NCBI GenBank assembly: GCA_949746255.1
Contig: CATKAP010000212.1
Span: 1,689 to 65,688, forward strand
Origin: an uncultured bacterium
GTDB lineage: Bacteria; Bacillota; Clostridia; Christensenellales; Borkfalkiaceae
DNA length: 64,000 nt
Direction of reading: 5' to 3'
Shown here piece after piece: positions 11,201 through 23,200 of the stretch (the first letter of the stretch is position 1; each line of letters begins with the position of its first letter). The translations under genes and the position numbers were made by a program. The notes under the pieces are model-generated. The model did not search any database. It saw only the letters and a list, made by a program, of their open reading frames with translations, and was not told where the DNA came from.

Positions 11201-14200
11201 TTCTCCGTCGTTCGCTTTTACCGTAAGAGAAGCTTTTCTGATTGTAAGAGTCGCCGTAACGGGCGCAATATCTTCATAATTTTCATTGCCGGAATAAGTT
11301 ATGTTAACGGTATAAACACCCGCGTTTTTAACGCCGTTAGTACCGTAACCGAAACCTTTGCTAACGTATTCGCATACGGCCGTAACGCCTTCTGGTAAAC
11401 CGTTGATTATAATTTTATGCGTTTTACCGTCGTATGCCGTTTCCGTACCCGCGAACGTTACGCCGCTCATATCGTAGACGGCTTTAATCACCGTAAGCGT
11501 TCCGAACTTTCCGTTATCCGCTCCCGCGCTCGCCCAGCTGCCTACAAACGTCACATTGTAATTTTCCGACTTATCGCAAACGAACTGCGCGCTTATAGGA
11601 TATTTGCCTATACCGTTAATTTCACCGAATAAGAAGTTAATGGAATATGCGTCGCCGTTTACAAACCGCATGCTTCCTTCACTGTATGACCAGCTCACTA
11701 TATCGGAAGATACGTTTCCGCCGTATCTTATTTCCGCGTCGCCAACAACTATATATACAGGTCTGGGCACTATATTGAAGTTAATGCTTGTGCTGCCGGT
11801 TAATGTATAATTGGTATCTTTTAGCGAAACGGTTGCGGTATAAGAACCTACGTTAATCGCCGGGCCGTTTACCGTTACGTCGAGCTCGTACCTCGTGCCG
11901 CCTTCTTCCATGAAATAGTACGCATGAGGAATCTGCTTTTCACCGTTATAATAGAGCGGTTCGTAATCCCAAATTATTTTACCCGAAACAGGTCTGGGAA
12001 GGATATCGAAAATCACTTTCAAGCTTTCGGCGGGAAGCGCGTAATTTGCCGCAAATTCTCCCGTTATTTCGGTGATAACCGCCTCGTAACCGTAACCAAC
12101 GGCGATTTTACCGCCTTCCACCGTAAGAGTTACCGTTTCGCCGTTTACAAGAACTTTCACTTCGGCATGGGGTTGCATCATTACGCCGGCGGTATAAGTA
12201 TATTCGAATTTACCGCTGCTTCCGAGAGCCGTTCCACCCTCTTTATCCAACCAAATTATATCGTTTTCAGAAATAACGTAGGGCGTTACTATAAGTTTAC
12301 CTGACTTGTAAACCACGTTATAGTTTTCCGCCGAAGTTGCGCCGGAAATGGTTATAACGTATTCTCCGACGCCGTCAATCGTTTCGTAAGAGAATGCGAA
12401 AGCTCCCAATATATCGGAAACAGAGTCGCTTGCGGCAAGACCGTTTACGGAATATCCGTATCCGTTCGCGGAAGGAGTCTGACCGTAAACTACAGCTCCG
12501 TCCGAAGCCGTTACGGTAAGAGCCGCTTTTTCTATTTTAAGTTGCGCCGTAAGGTTACCCACAGGCTTAAAGTTGTCGCTCACGGTTATTTCGGCGGTAA
12601 CTGTGTAAGTTCCCGCTTTGACCGCACAGTCGGTTACCGTACCTTTGCCGTCGTCGTATTTATAACTGATTCCGAGTACGCCTTCGGTTGAACCCGTAAC
12701 ATACAGGTAATGCTCTCTGCCGTCGTAAGTAACCGTTTTACCGTCAAATTTGATTTTTCCGTTAAGATCCGCCTGAGTTACGGTGATATTTACCGTAAGT
12801 TCGGTATCCACAGCGTTATGGTTGCTATCCGCGGCAAATTTAACGGTAACCGTATAACTTCCCGCGTCTATTACTCCGTCTGCCGAAATTTCAACGCCGT
12901 CTTTCTTATAAGAGTAAATTACGCCTGAAATTCCCTGCGGCAAATTATTTGCCGTAACCGAATGAAGTTTTCCGTCGTAAACAGCCGACTGTCCGCTAAA
13001 AGTTACGCCGCTTACGTCTATATCGGCTTTGGTAATCGTCAACGTACCGTTTATGAATACGACTTCGTAATTTCCGTTGGTACATACCGCCGTAATTACG
13101 TATTCGCCTACGGCGCTCGTATTACTTATAAGACAATTAAGCGTTACGGGAAGTACGTCCGCAGCAAGGAAGCCGCCTCCGCTGATAATTAGTTCGTTTT
13201 TAAGCTTGGCAAGCAACGCCGCAAGACCGGACTCAACTTTACCGTAAACAAGCGAGCCGCCGCCTACGGTAATTTCAAGCTTGACTTTCTCTATTGTATA
13301 ATTGAATACCGCGCTGCCTTCAACGCCTGCGGGAACACCCGTAGCGGTAGCGGTATATTCTACGCCCGCATTCTTGTGTTCGCCGTTTACGGTAACCGTA
13401 AGGTCATGTTTTACGCCCTCGTCGTCGAAATAATACGCCGCGGGAGCTTGATTTTCACCGTTGTAAACGAGCGGACTGTTGTCCCAAATTACGTAATTTT
13501 TACGAATAATATTGAATTTTACGCTTGCTTCGGAAGCTTTTACCTTATAGTTAGGGTTGCTTACGCCGGTAATTTTAGCCGTATAGCCGAAACCTGCCTC
13601 CGTTTTCGCCCCTGTCACTGTAAAGGTAACAATATCTCCGCGAAGCGTTCCGACGGCGACAGCAAAAGGAAGATGCGAATTTCCGTCGTAATTATAAGTT
13701 AAATCTTTCGAAGAAGTTGTGTCGTCGCTGTACCAAACCGCGCCGATTTCACGGGGAGAAACTGTCAAGGTTCCGGGCACGAAAATTATTTCGTAATTCC
13801 GCGAAGTAAGTCCGGAAGGTATAATTTTATATTTCCCCGCGTTGCCGTACTGCAAGTAGTCCACTTCGAACGCAAGCGTTCCGGAAAGCGCGTCTGTGTT
13901 TTCCAAACCTTCTATACTGAAACTTGCGCCTCCGTTTACAGGCATATCGCCGTAAACAATATTCACGTCGTTTGCTTTTACGGTTAAAGCCGCTTTTCTG
14001 ATATTCAGCGTAACGGTCATATCCGCTATCTGCGCGTAGTTTTCGTTAGCGCCCGTAAATTTCACCGTTACAGTATATACTCCCGCCTCGGTTACGCCGT
14101 TTGCGCCGTAACTCCAGCCGTTCAAAGAATATTCAAACGTAGCCGTTACGCCGGCAGGCAATCCGCGCACGCCTATTACGTGCGCATTTCCGTCGTACGT

Positions 14201-17200
14201 TACTTCGGTACCCGTAAAGCTTACTTTGGACATATCGTACGCGCCCTCTACGACTTTAAGCACGCCGCATTTGCCGCTATCCTCGCCCAGTGAGTAGCCT
14301 CCGGTAAAATGTACGTTATAATTCGCCGCGTTCGACGAGCGGAATTCTCCGCGTATAGGATAAGTTCCCGTTCCCGTTACCGCAGGGCACGTAAACGTAA
14401 GCGTATACGATTCGCCCGCAACAAATTCGAGACTGCCGTCCACGTAAGTCCATCTTACTCCGCTTACGTCAATGCTTTCAGCAAGCTGAGCGGTCATATC
14501 TCCTATATTGATATATACGTCTCTTCTTTCAATAGTAAAAGTTTTTGTTGTTTCGCCCGTAAGATGATAATTACTGCCGAGCGAAGCCGTGGCGACATAA
14601 CTGCCCACGTTCACCGCTTTGCCGTTTACCGTAACTTCGAGTTTAACGGGCGCATAAGAATTTTCGCTTTCATAGAAATAAGCTTCGGGCGCCTGTTCTC
14701 CGCCGTTATAATACAGAGGCGATTGCGACCAGATTATCACTCCCGCTTTGGGTTTGGGGTTAACGGTGAATTTAACAGTGAGACCATTGACGGGCAGCGT
14801 ATAGTTTGAATTGCTCACGCCGGTGGCTCTTGCAACGTAATCTATACCCGCGTTTATTTGTCCGCCTTCAACCGTTACGAAAACGGTGTTGCCGTTTACT
14901 GCGTTTACAACGCTTGCATAAGGCGTATGAACTTCGCCTTCGGAATAAGTATAAATCAAATCCTGCGCCGTTTTTCCGCCGTCGTTATACCAAACCACTT
15001 CGATTACCCGCGGTTTGACGTTAAGCGTGCCGGCAATGTAGGTTATATCATAGTTTTCCGTCGCCGCGCCGGAAAGACCGCTCGCCTCTATAGCGTTGGC
15101 ATACAGACCCACGCTGCCGAATATTGCGTAAATACCGGCGTTGACTCTTATATTAAGGGTTCCGAGCGAACTTACGGTATCGCCGCTTGCAAGTCCGCTG
15201 AACGTAGCGGTATACGCTCCGTCCGCGGGGTTATCGCCGTAAATTATCGTTTTGTCATCGGCCGTTACTTTAAGCGGTTTCTTGCTGATTACAAGAGTTG
15301 CCGTCATAGGCGCTACGGGCGCGTAGTTGTCGTCTGTTTCGAAAGTAGCCGTTACCGTATAAACGCCTGCGTTTTTAACGCCGTCCGCACTGATTGCAAC
15401 GCCGCCTTTTTTATATTCGTAAGTAACGCTTGTAATGCCTTCGGCAGCGCCTGAAACCTGCAATTTGTGGATATTTCCGTCGTAGACTACGGTTTTATCA
15501 TTGAATTCAACATCCGAAACTTCCGCAGACTGTTTGGTTATTTCCAAAGTCGCGGTAAGATAAGAAACTTCCGAGCCGTCCTTCACTAATTTATAATTAT
15601 CGCCGTCCGCCGCGTCCGCAAAAGCAAACGTAGCTTTAACGGTATATACGCCCACGCCGCTTACTCCGTTCGCTCCGTAAACCAAGCCGTCTTTCTCATA
15701 CGAGTAAACGACTTTTAACTTGTCGGGCAATGTTCCGCTTATAAACAATTTGTGAGTATTGCCGTCAAAAGCAGCCGTACCGTCCGGCAAAGAAATTCCG
15801 TCAAGCGAAAGTTCGGCTTTCTCAATAATAAGATTAACGGTAATGTCCGCTATCGCGTTATAATTGCCGTTTACGTTAAATTTAGCCGTAACCGTATGAT
15901 TGCCGGCATTGGAAACGCCGTTCGCCGCGGCTCCGTCGTAGAAATACACAACTTCAACGCCGTCGGGTTTTCCGCCTATCGCCACTCCGTCAAGCGCCGC
16001 GCCGGACCAATCAACCGAAAGAGTAAATTGGTTGCCGGTATAAGTATGCGTTGCGCCTGTAAATTCAAATCCGCTTAAAGTTGCGCGCTCGATTGTAAAA
16101 GTAAATTCTCGCGTATCGCCGCCCTGCATGTCAGACCAAATGAAATTGGGAGAAACGACTACTTTTACTTTGTATTCGCCGGCGTTAACCGGAATGTGTT
16201 TGCCGCCTATTTCTACAAGAGAACCTCCGTTCAACGCTTCGAACGTAAGCGTATAGTTAACGCCGTCGTCCTCGAGCGTGCCCCAAGTTTGACTTGAAGT
16301 ATCCAAAAGCTCCTGCAAAGAAGGAAGTTTAGGCGTGCCGTCGAAAACCTGAGTAAGGCTGTCGGTATCAATTCTTACCGAAGTATTTTCGGTAATTATA
16401 TTAAACTGGGTAAACGTGACGGAAGGTAAAGCATAGTTGCCGTTTTCGTTATACAAAACGGTAGCTATTTCAACCTGATAAGGTCCGGGAACAACCGCGG
16501 AACTTACGCCTTTAAGCCTTGTAACGAGTTCGACGCGGTCGCCGTCCGCAAGATTAGCCACGGACGCGGTGGGAACATAGTTTCTGCCGTCGTAAACGTG
16601 TTCCAATTCGCCCCACTCTATCAATATTTCACGCGCTTTGATTCTTACGCCGCCCAAAGTTATTTTAACGCCGTTTTCGGGTAAAACATAGTTGCCGGAC
16701 ATAGCGCCGCCGAGCGCCGTAACGGTAACCGTAACCGTTCTGGAACCCGTATTTTTATTATCAAACACTCCGGTAGCGGTTTGAACCACAAGGTCCGAAC
16801 CGTCCATATTACCGGAAATTATTGCGGAATCGAAATGTAAACCCGCAGCTTCCGCGTTCTCGCCGTTTTCTTTAACGGCGTTTTCGTATCCTAAAGTTCC
16901 GTCGTACACTTTATCGTCCGCGGTAATTCCGCTTACGGAAGTTATGCGTTTGGGATTTATGACAAAGTTAACGCTGACAGTACCCGAATAATTGCCTTTT
17001 GCCGTTATCGTTACCGTCGCAGTACCCGCGTTTCTGTTATCCGAATAAGAATAATCGAAGTCCGTACCTTTTACAAGCGTTACGTTAGAACTTCCGAAAA
17101 TCGTTTTAACCGCGGGTTCGGGGGTAAATTGATTGCCGTTGAACGTAACCGCGGCAATATCCGCCACGGTAACAGCGTCTTCTTCGTCGATTTGTTTGGA

Positions 17201-20200
17201 AATAATGTTGTATTCAACCGTTCTTTCGCCCGTATAATTTCCTTTACCTGTAATTATAACGGTAATTTTGCCAACGTTTTTGAAATCCGTCGCAGGGTTT
17301 CCGTCGGAATTATTATACACGACGGTATAATCGGTGCCGACCGCAAGGTCTGCGTTGCCGATTACGGTATCCGTAACTGTCGGCGATAATTTCCAATCCT
17401 TGTTAGCAAAAATCTGATCCGCGATATCCGTTACGGTTACAGAACCGTCGGCAATATCTTTTTGCTCTATGGTATATAAAATCTGGAAGCTTCCGGAATA
17501 GTTCCCCTTGCCTTTTACCGTAATTACCGCCGATTTTGTAGCAAAAATATTGTTGCTGTAAACAAATTCATAGTCGTTAACCGTCATATCTTTGCCGTTA
17601 TTCGTGGCGACGGTATCGTGAATCGCGGGGGTGGGAGTCTTAGCCGTGCCGTCGTATATCAACTGGGGTATTCCGTCGTAAGTAATGTCGGGAATGGCGT
17701 TTGCGCCCGTTCCCATACTCTTAGGCGTTACGGTAGGCTGCGCGGGAATTATAACAGGGTCGTAATTGGCGGCCTTAGCCATAAAGTAATAAGTCTTGGT
17801 ATCAGAAACTTCGCACACTTCGGCAAGATACGGTCCGTCGGCAGAATAGAATCTGGTCCAACCTTCGTCGTTTTTGCCTATGTTTTTATCGCTCCAATAC
17901 CACTCAACCTCGGTACCTTCGGTAACGCTCGCTTCGATTTTGGTTAAAAGTTTATGTCTTTTGCCGTCGTATACGCCCACGTAAGCTGTTACCGCGGCAA
18001 CCAAAACGGCGTCTGAAATCATAAAGCCTATCGTAATCTGCTTTTTATCGACGTCCGTAGCCGAAGTAATTTCGTAATTCTTTGCGTATTCGTCTTTTAA
18101 TACGGCGGTAGCGGTATAATCGCCGGTATCGGACGCCGCGCCGGAATAAGTAAACATATCCGCATGATTAGCGGGCAATCCCGCCGTTGCGGTAGTGGTG
18201 ACGCTCTTAATTTTGGGCTGTTTCTCGTTTCCGTCGTATACGTAACTTACGTTATCCCACAAATAAGAAGTAATTTGCGCTTTCTGAATAATAAAATTCG
18301 CAGAAATTGTGGTTGTTCCGTCAAAGTTGCCTTTACCCGTAAGCGTAATGGTCGCCGTGCCCGCGTTTACGTTATTAGTATAAGCCGCCGTAAACGCAAT
18401 ATCTTTTACAAGCTCCTGGTTGTCTTCGGGCATATAAGAATTGTTTACGGTAAAGTTGGGAATCTGCGCGGAAGCATTATAAACGTAAGTACCGTTAACC
18501 GTAATATCGGTACCTTCCGAAATATCTCTGGGAATTATAACTATTGTTTTGCTTCCGGTAATCGTGTTATAGTTATCGAAAGTTATAAGGTAGAACACTT
18601 CCTTGTTGGAATTGTATACATTTGCAACTTTCGGCTGGTTTTCCTCGTCGAGAGTATACGAACCTTCGTTAAGACCATACATAACGGTACCCGAATTAGC
18701 AAGAGTATCGCCGCCCGCAAAACCCGAAACCGAAACGTTAATAGTGTGGAAAATACGGTCGTATATTCCGCTGTAGCCTGTGGAAGTATCGGTAAGATCC
18801 GCTTTTTCTATTTCGAACGTCTGGGTTGCCGTACCCGAAAAATTACCTTTGCCGGTAAGCGTGATCGTGGCGGTTCCCGCATTTAAATTATTTGTATATG
18901 CCGCCGTAAAATCATCGTTCATAATAAGCGAAAGATTATCGCCTTTAAGTTGAGAGTTGGTAACCGTAAACGAAGGAATCTGTTCGGAAGCATTGTAAAT
19001 ATACGTACCAGAAACAGTTATAGCCGTTCCGCCTGCAATGCTTCTGGGCGTTATAGTTATGGTTTTACTGCCCGTTATGGTGTTGTAATTATCAAAAGTT
19101 ATCTGATAATATACCGTTTTGCCGCTCTCGGAAACGTCCGTAGCGGTAGGGCACTCTGCAAGGTCGTAAACGCCGCTCGCCGTTCCGTATTTAACGGTAC
19201 CCATAGAAAATTCGTCGCTTCCTCTGAAACCTGCGGCATTTACATTAATTCCGTGAGGTTCGCGGTCGTAAATTCCCGTAAAACTCGTTGAAGAATCATT
19301 CAAATCGGCTTTCTGTATGGTAAAGGTCTGAGTGGTAAGTCCCGTGAAGTTGCCCATACCCATAAGAACCATGGTAGCCGTACCCGCGTTTATGTTATTG
19401 GAATATTCCACGGTAAACGCCGTACCTCTTACGAGCGTTTTATTATCCGCAAGTAAATTGGAATTGGTTACGGTATATGTAGGCGTTATTTCCTTAGAAG
19501 TATAAACGTACTCTCCCGAAACCGAGACCGTGGTTCCGTTTGCGATATTTCTTTGAGTAATCGTAGCCGCTTTGCTGCCCGTTATAGTGTTGTAGTTTGC
19601 AAAAGTAATTTTGTAAAAAATATCCTTACTGTCCGCCACGTTAATTACGGAAGGATGCGTGGATGTGAAAGTTCCGTTTTCCAGAACGCTGTAAGTAATC
19701 GTACCGACGCCTTCAAGCGTGTCGCTCCCGAAAAATCCCGTCACGGAAACGCTTATAGTATGCGCTGTACGGTCGTAAACGCCGTCGTATCCCGTGGATA
19801 TATCGGTAAGCGTAGCTTTTTGTATGGTAAATGTCTGCGTAGCCGTACCCGTGAAATTACCCATGCCGGTAAGAGTAATTGTAGCGGTGCCCGCATTTGT
19901 GTTGTTTGTATATGCGTATGAAAAATCCGTACCCCTCGCAAGATACTTATCCGTGCCTGCAAGAGCCGAATTACTTACGGTATATGTGGGGGTTAACGCG
20001 GTAGAATTGTATACGTATTCTCCCGAAACGGTAATAGTTGTATTGCTTGCTATACTGCGCGGAGTTATAGTAACGGTTTTACTTCCCGCAACGGTATTGT
20101 AGTTATCGAAAGTTACCTGATAATATACCGTTAACACTCCTTCCGAAACGTCGGTTACGGTAGGGCAAACGTCCTGATTGTAAGTTCCGCTTACCGTTCC

Positions 20201-23200
20201 GTATTTTATAGTTCCTTCCGAAGCCAGAGTATCGCTTCCTTTAAAACCGGTTATGTTCAGCGTTATACCGTGCGCCGCGCGGTCGTAAACGACGCTTACG
20301 GCGGCGGTACTGTCGGTAAGAGTTGCTTTCAATATAGTAAACGTTGTAGACGCAGTACCCGTAAAGTTGCCTTTACCGGTAAAGGTTATCGTCGCCGTGC
20401 CCGCGTTTATATTATCGGAATACGTTCTTGTATAGTCGGTATCCAAAGTCAGCGTTTTTGTAGTCGCCGCTATTCCTGAGTTGGAAACCGTAGTCGAGGG
20501 CGTAATAGCGCTTCCCGTATACGTTTGATTTGCAATCGCAGTGAAAGTGGTGCCCGTAGCCAAACTTCTCGGCGATATCGTCACCGTCGCGCCGCCCGTT
20601 ATGGTATTGTAGTTTGTAAAGGTTACCTTATAGTAAATAGTTTTGCTATCCGCAACGTTGGTCACGGTAGGTTTTGTAGAACTGTAAGTTCCGTTTTCCG
20701 CAGTTGAATAAGTTATGGTTCCGGTGGAAATAGTCTGGCTTGCCTTAAATCCCGTCGCCGAAACCGTTATCGTATGGGAAAGCCTGTCATACGTCGTCGA
20801 AACGTCCGCGGTGGTATCGGTAAGAGTAGCTTTTGTTATCGTGAAGTCGGATATACTTGCATAATAAGTTGCCGAACTTGTGGTTGCGCTGCCTAAACAA
20901 TAATTTTTATTTGTAGAAACGGCTTTAACGGAATAAGTTCCCACGTTGGTACCGCCGCCCGACATGGTCAACGAGCATGTGTCGCTGCCTATAAGTCCGC
21001 TCACGGTTGCCGTAGCCTTCTGTGCCGCTCCGCTGTATACTAAAGACTTGTTGCTCCATGTAACGGTCAACTGCTTGGGAAGTATTTTAATATACAGCGC
21101 CTTGTTGCAGCCGCTGCCGTCCGCCCAACAGTAGCCCGAACTCGGGGTAAAAGTTATAGAGTAAGAAGAAATAGATGTCGCAGAAGAAGAACTTATACTG
21201 GTACTGCTGCTAAAGTAAACGTTTATTGCCGTGACCGATCTGGTTGATGTATTATGCGTAATACCCGTAGTTGTGCTTACGCTTGCATGACTTACGGCGT
21301 TATAAGTACCGCCCTGCGCCGAGCCGTTGTATGTAAACGATTTAGTGCTTGAACCTCCGTCCGACCAAGAAGGCGACGACACCGTCATAAGCGTTCCTAT
21401 CTGCACCTCGCCCTGCTTGGAAGTTGCAGTACCGCTGTACAAACTCAAAGAGTAACCGTCGTCCGAACTGAAATATGTTGAAGGCGACGTTGTTCCGCAG
21501 TAAGTTTTATAACCGGTTGTAAATACTCCGCACCCGTCTATACCTATTTTATTGGAATTGGAGGTCAGCGCGCCCGAAACAGTTATATAGTTATAACCTC
21601 CGGTATATATGTTGCTCTTAGTAGTTCCGGAACCTCTGTAATTGTTATAAACGGCGACGTTTCCTTTTATTTTGAAAGTATAAGACGTGTAAATTCCGCC
21701 GCCGTAACCGTTATTAGCGCGGTTGCCGGTTATGGTTCCGCCGTTTATGACTACTGTATTGGATCCGCTCACATAGATTCCGCCGCCGTTATATCCACAG
21801 GTATTACCCGATATAGTTCCTTGAGTGAGCGTAAACGTACCGCCGTTTGTATAAACGCCGCCGCCGTAGCCGTAGGACAAAGTTGTATTATCTTTGATAT
21901 AGGCGCCGCTGCCGTTCATTGTAAAACTGCCGCCTCTCGCCGCGATACCGGCTCCGTAATAAGCGTTGTTGCCGGATATGGTTCCTTGAGTGAGCGTAAA
22001 CGTGCCGCCGTACACATGCACGCCGCCGCCGTGACGGACATACTGCGGCGTTCCGCTAACACATTCGTTGGAAGAAATTAAGGCGCCGCTGCCGTTCATT
22101 GTAAAACTGCCCGAATTTACATGCACGCCGCCGCCGTCGAACCCGGAACTGGTGTTATCTTTAATACTGCCGCCCGTCATGCTGACGGTAGCGCCGTTTA
22201 CGTAAACGCCGCCGCCCCCCTTGGAGACAATGCTGGAGGTTGTATTGTTGGTCACGGTATTGTTTGCAATGCTGCCGCCGGACATGGTGAAAGAACCGCT
22301 TTTGGCATAAACTCCCGCGCCCCCGTTTCTTGCGGTATTATAGCTTACAGAACCAGAACTCAGCTTTACCGTACCGCCGCCTACATATACGCCGCCACCG
22401 CCGTAATATACGGTTGTGCTGGAAGAGCTTGAATTTTTGTCGGTATTATAAGAAATAGTTGTTCCCGCTATATTAACAGTACCGCCCGTAGCCGCGAAAA
22501 CGCCGCCGCCGTACGTAGCGCTGTTGCCGAGAGAAGAACCGCCGATAGTGCCGCCGTTGAGATTTGCAGTTGACGTGCCGCTCGTCTTGTCTACATAAAT
22601 ACCTCCGCCGTTAGGCGCGCTGTTTTTGCTGATATTGCCGCTCGTCATTGTAAAAACAGCTCCCTCGGAGACGCGTACTCCGCCGCCGCTGTTGGATGCA
22701 GTATTATAAGATATTGTCGTACCGGATAATGTGGTTGTGCCAGCTATAGTGTAAACACCGCCTCCGCCGTTGGTAGCGTTGTTTGGCGTTCCGCTTCCGC
22801 CTATAGTACCGCCCGAAAGCGTTACCGCCGTAGTGGAAGTATTCTCGTTAACCACCCCTCCGCCGTATTTTGCGGTATTGGAATAAATTTTTCCGCCCGA
22901 CATAGTAAATTTAGAACCGGATTGATCGCTTACTCCTACTCCGCCGCCATAATACGAATTAATAGTATTGCTATATATATTCCCTCCGGACATATTAAAA
23001 ATACCGCCCCATACGCATACACCGGCACCGGGATATTGCGTAGAAGAGTTTTTATTATTTGCTATATTGCCGGATTGTAATGTAAAAGTTCCCCCTGAAT
23101 AAACGCTTACCCCTCCCGCGCCGGTTGAACTGTATCCGCCTGTTATTTTACCCGCCGCGGAACTCGAAGTATCTTTTACTACAAGCGTGCCGTAAACTGT

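Noticed and set aside
7466-20833. Regular repeat periodicity inside the giant genes, considered as a possible CRISPR array or non-coding satellite.
   Set aside because: The repeats are 0.5-2.8 kb long, diverged, in frame and translate into coherent domains. There are no short identical repeats with unique spacers.
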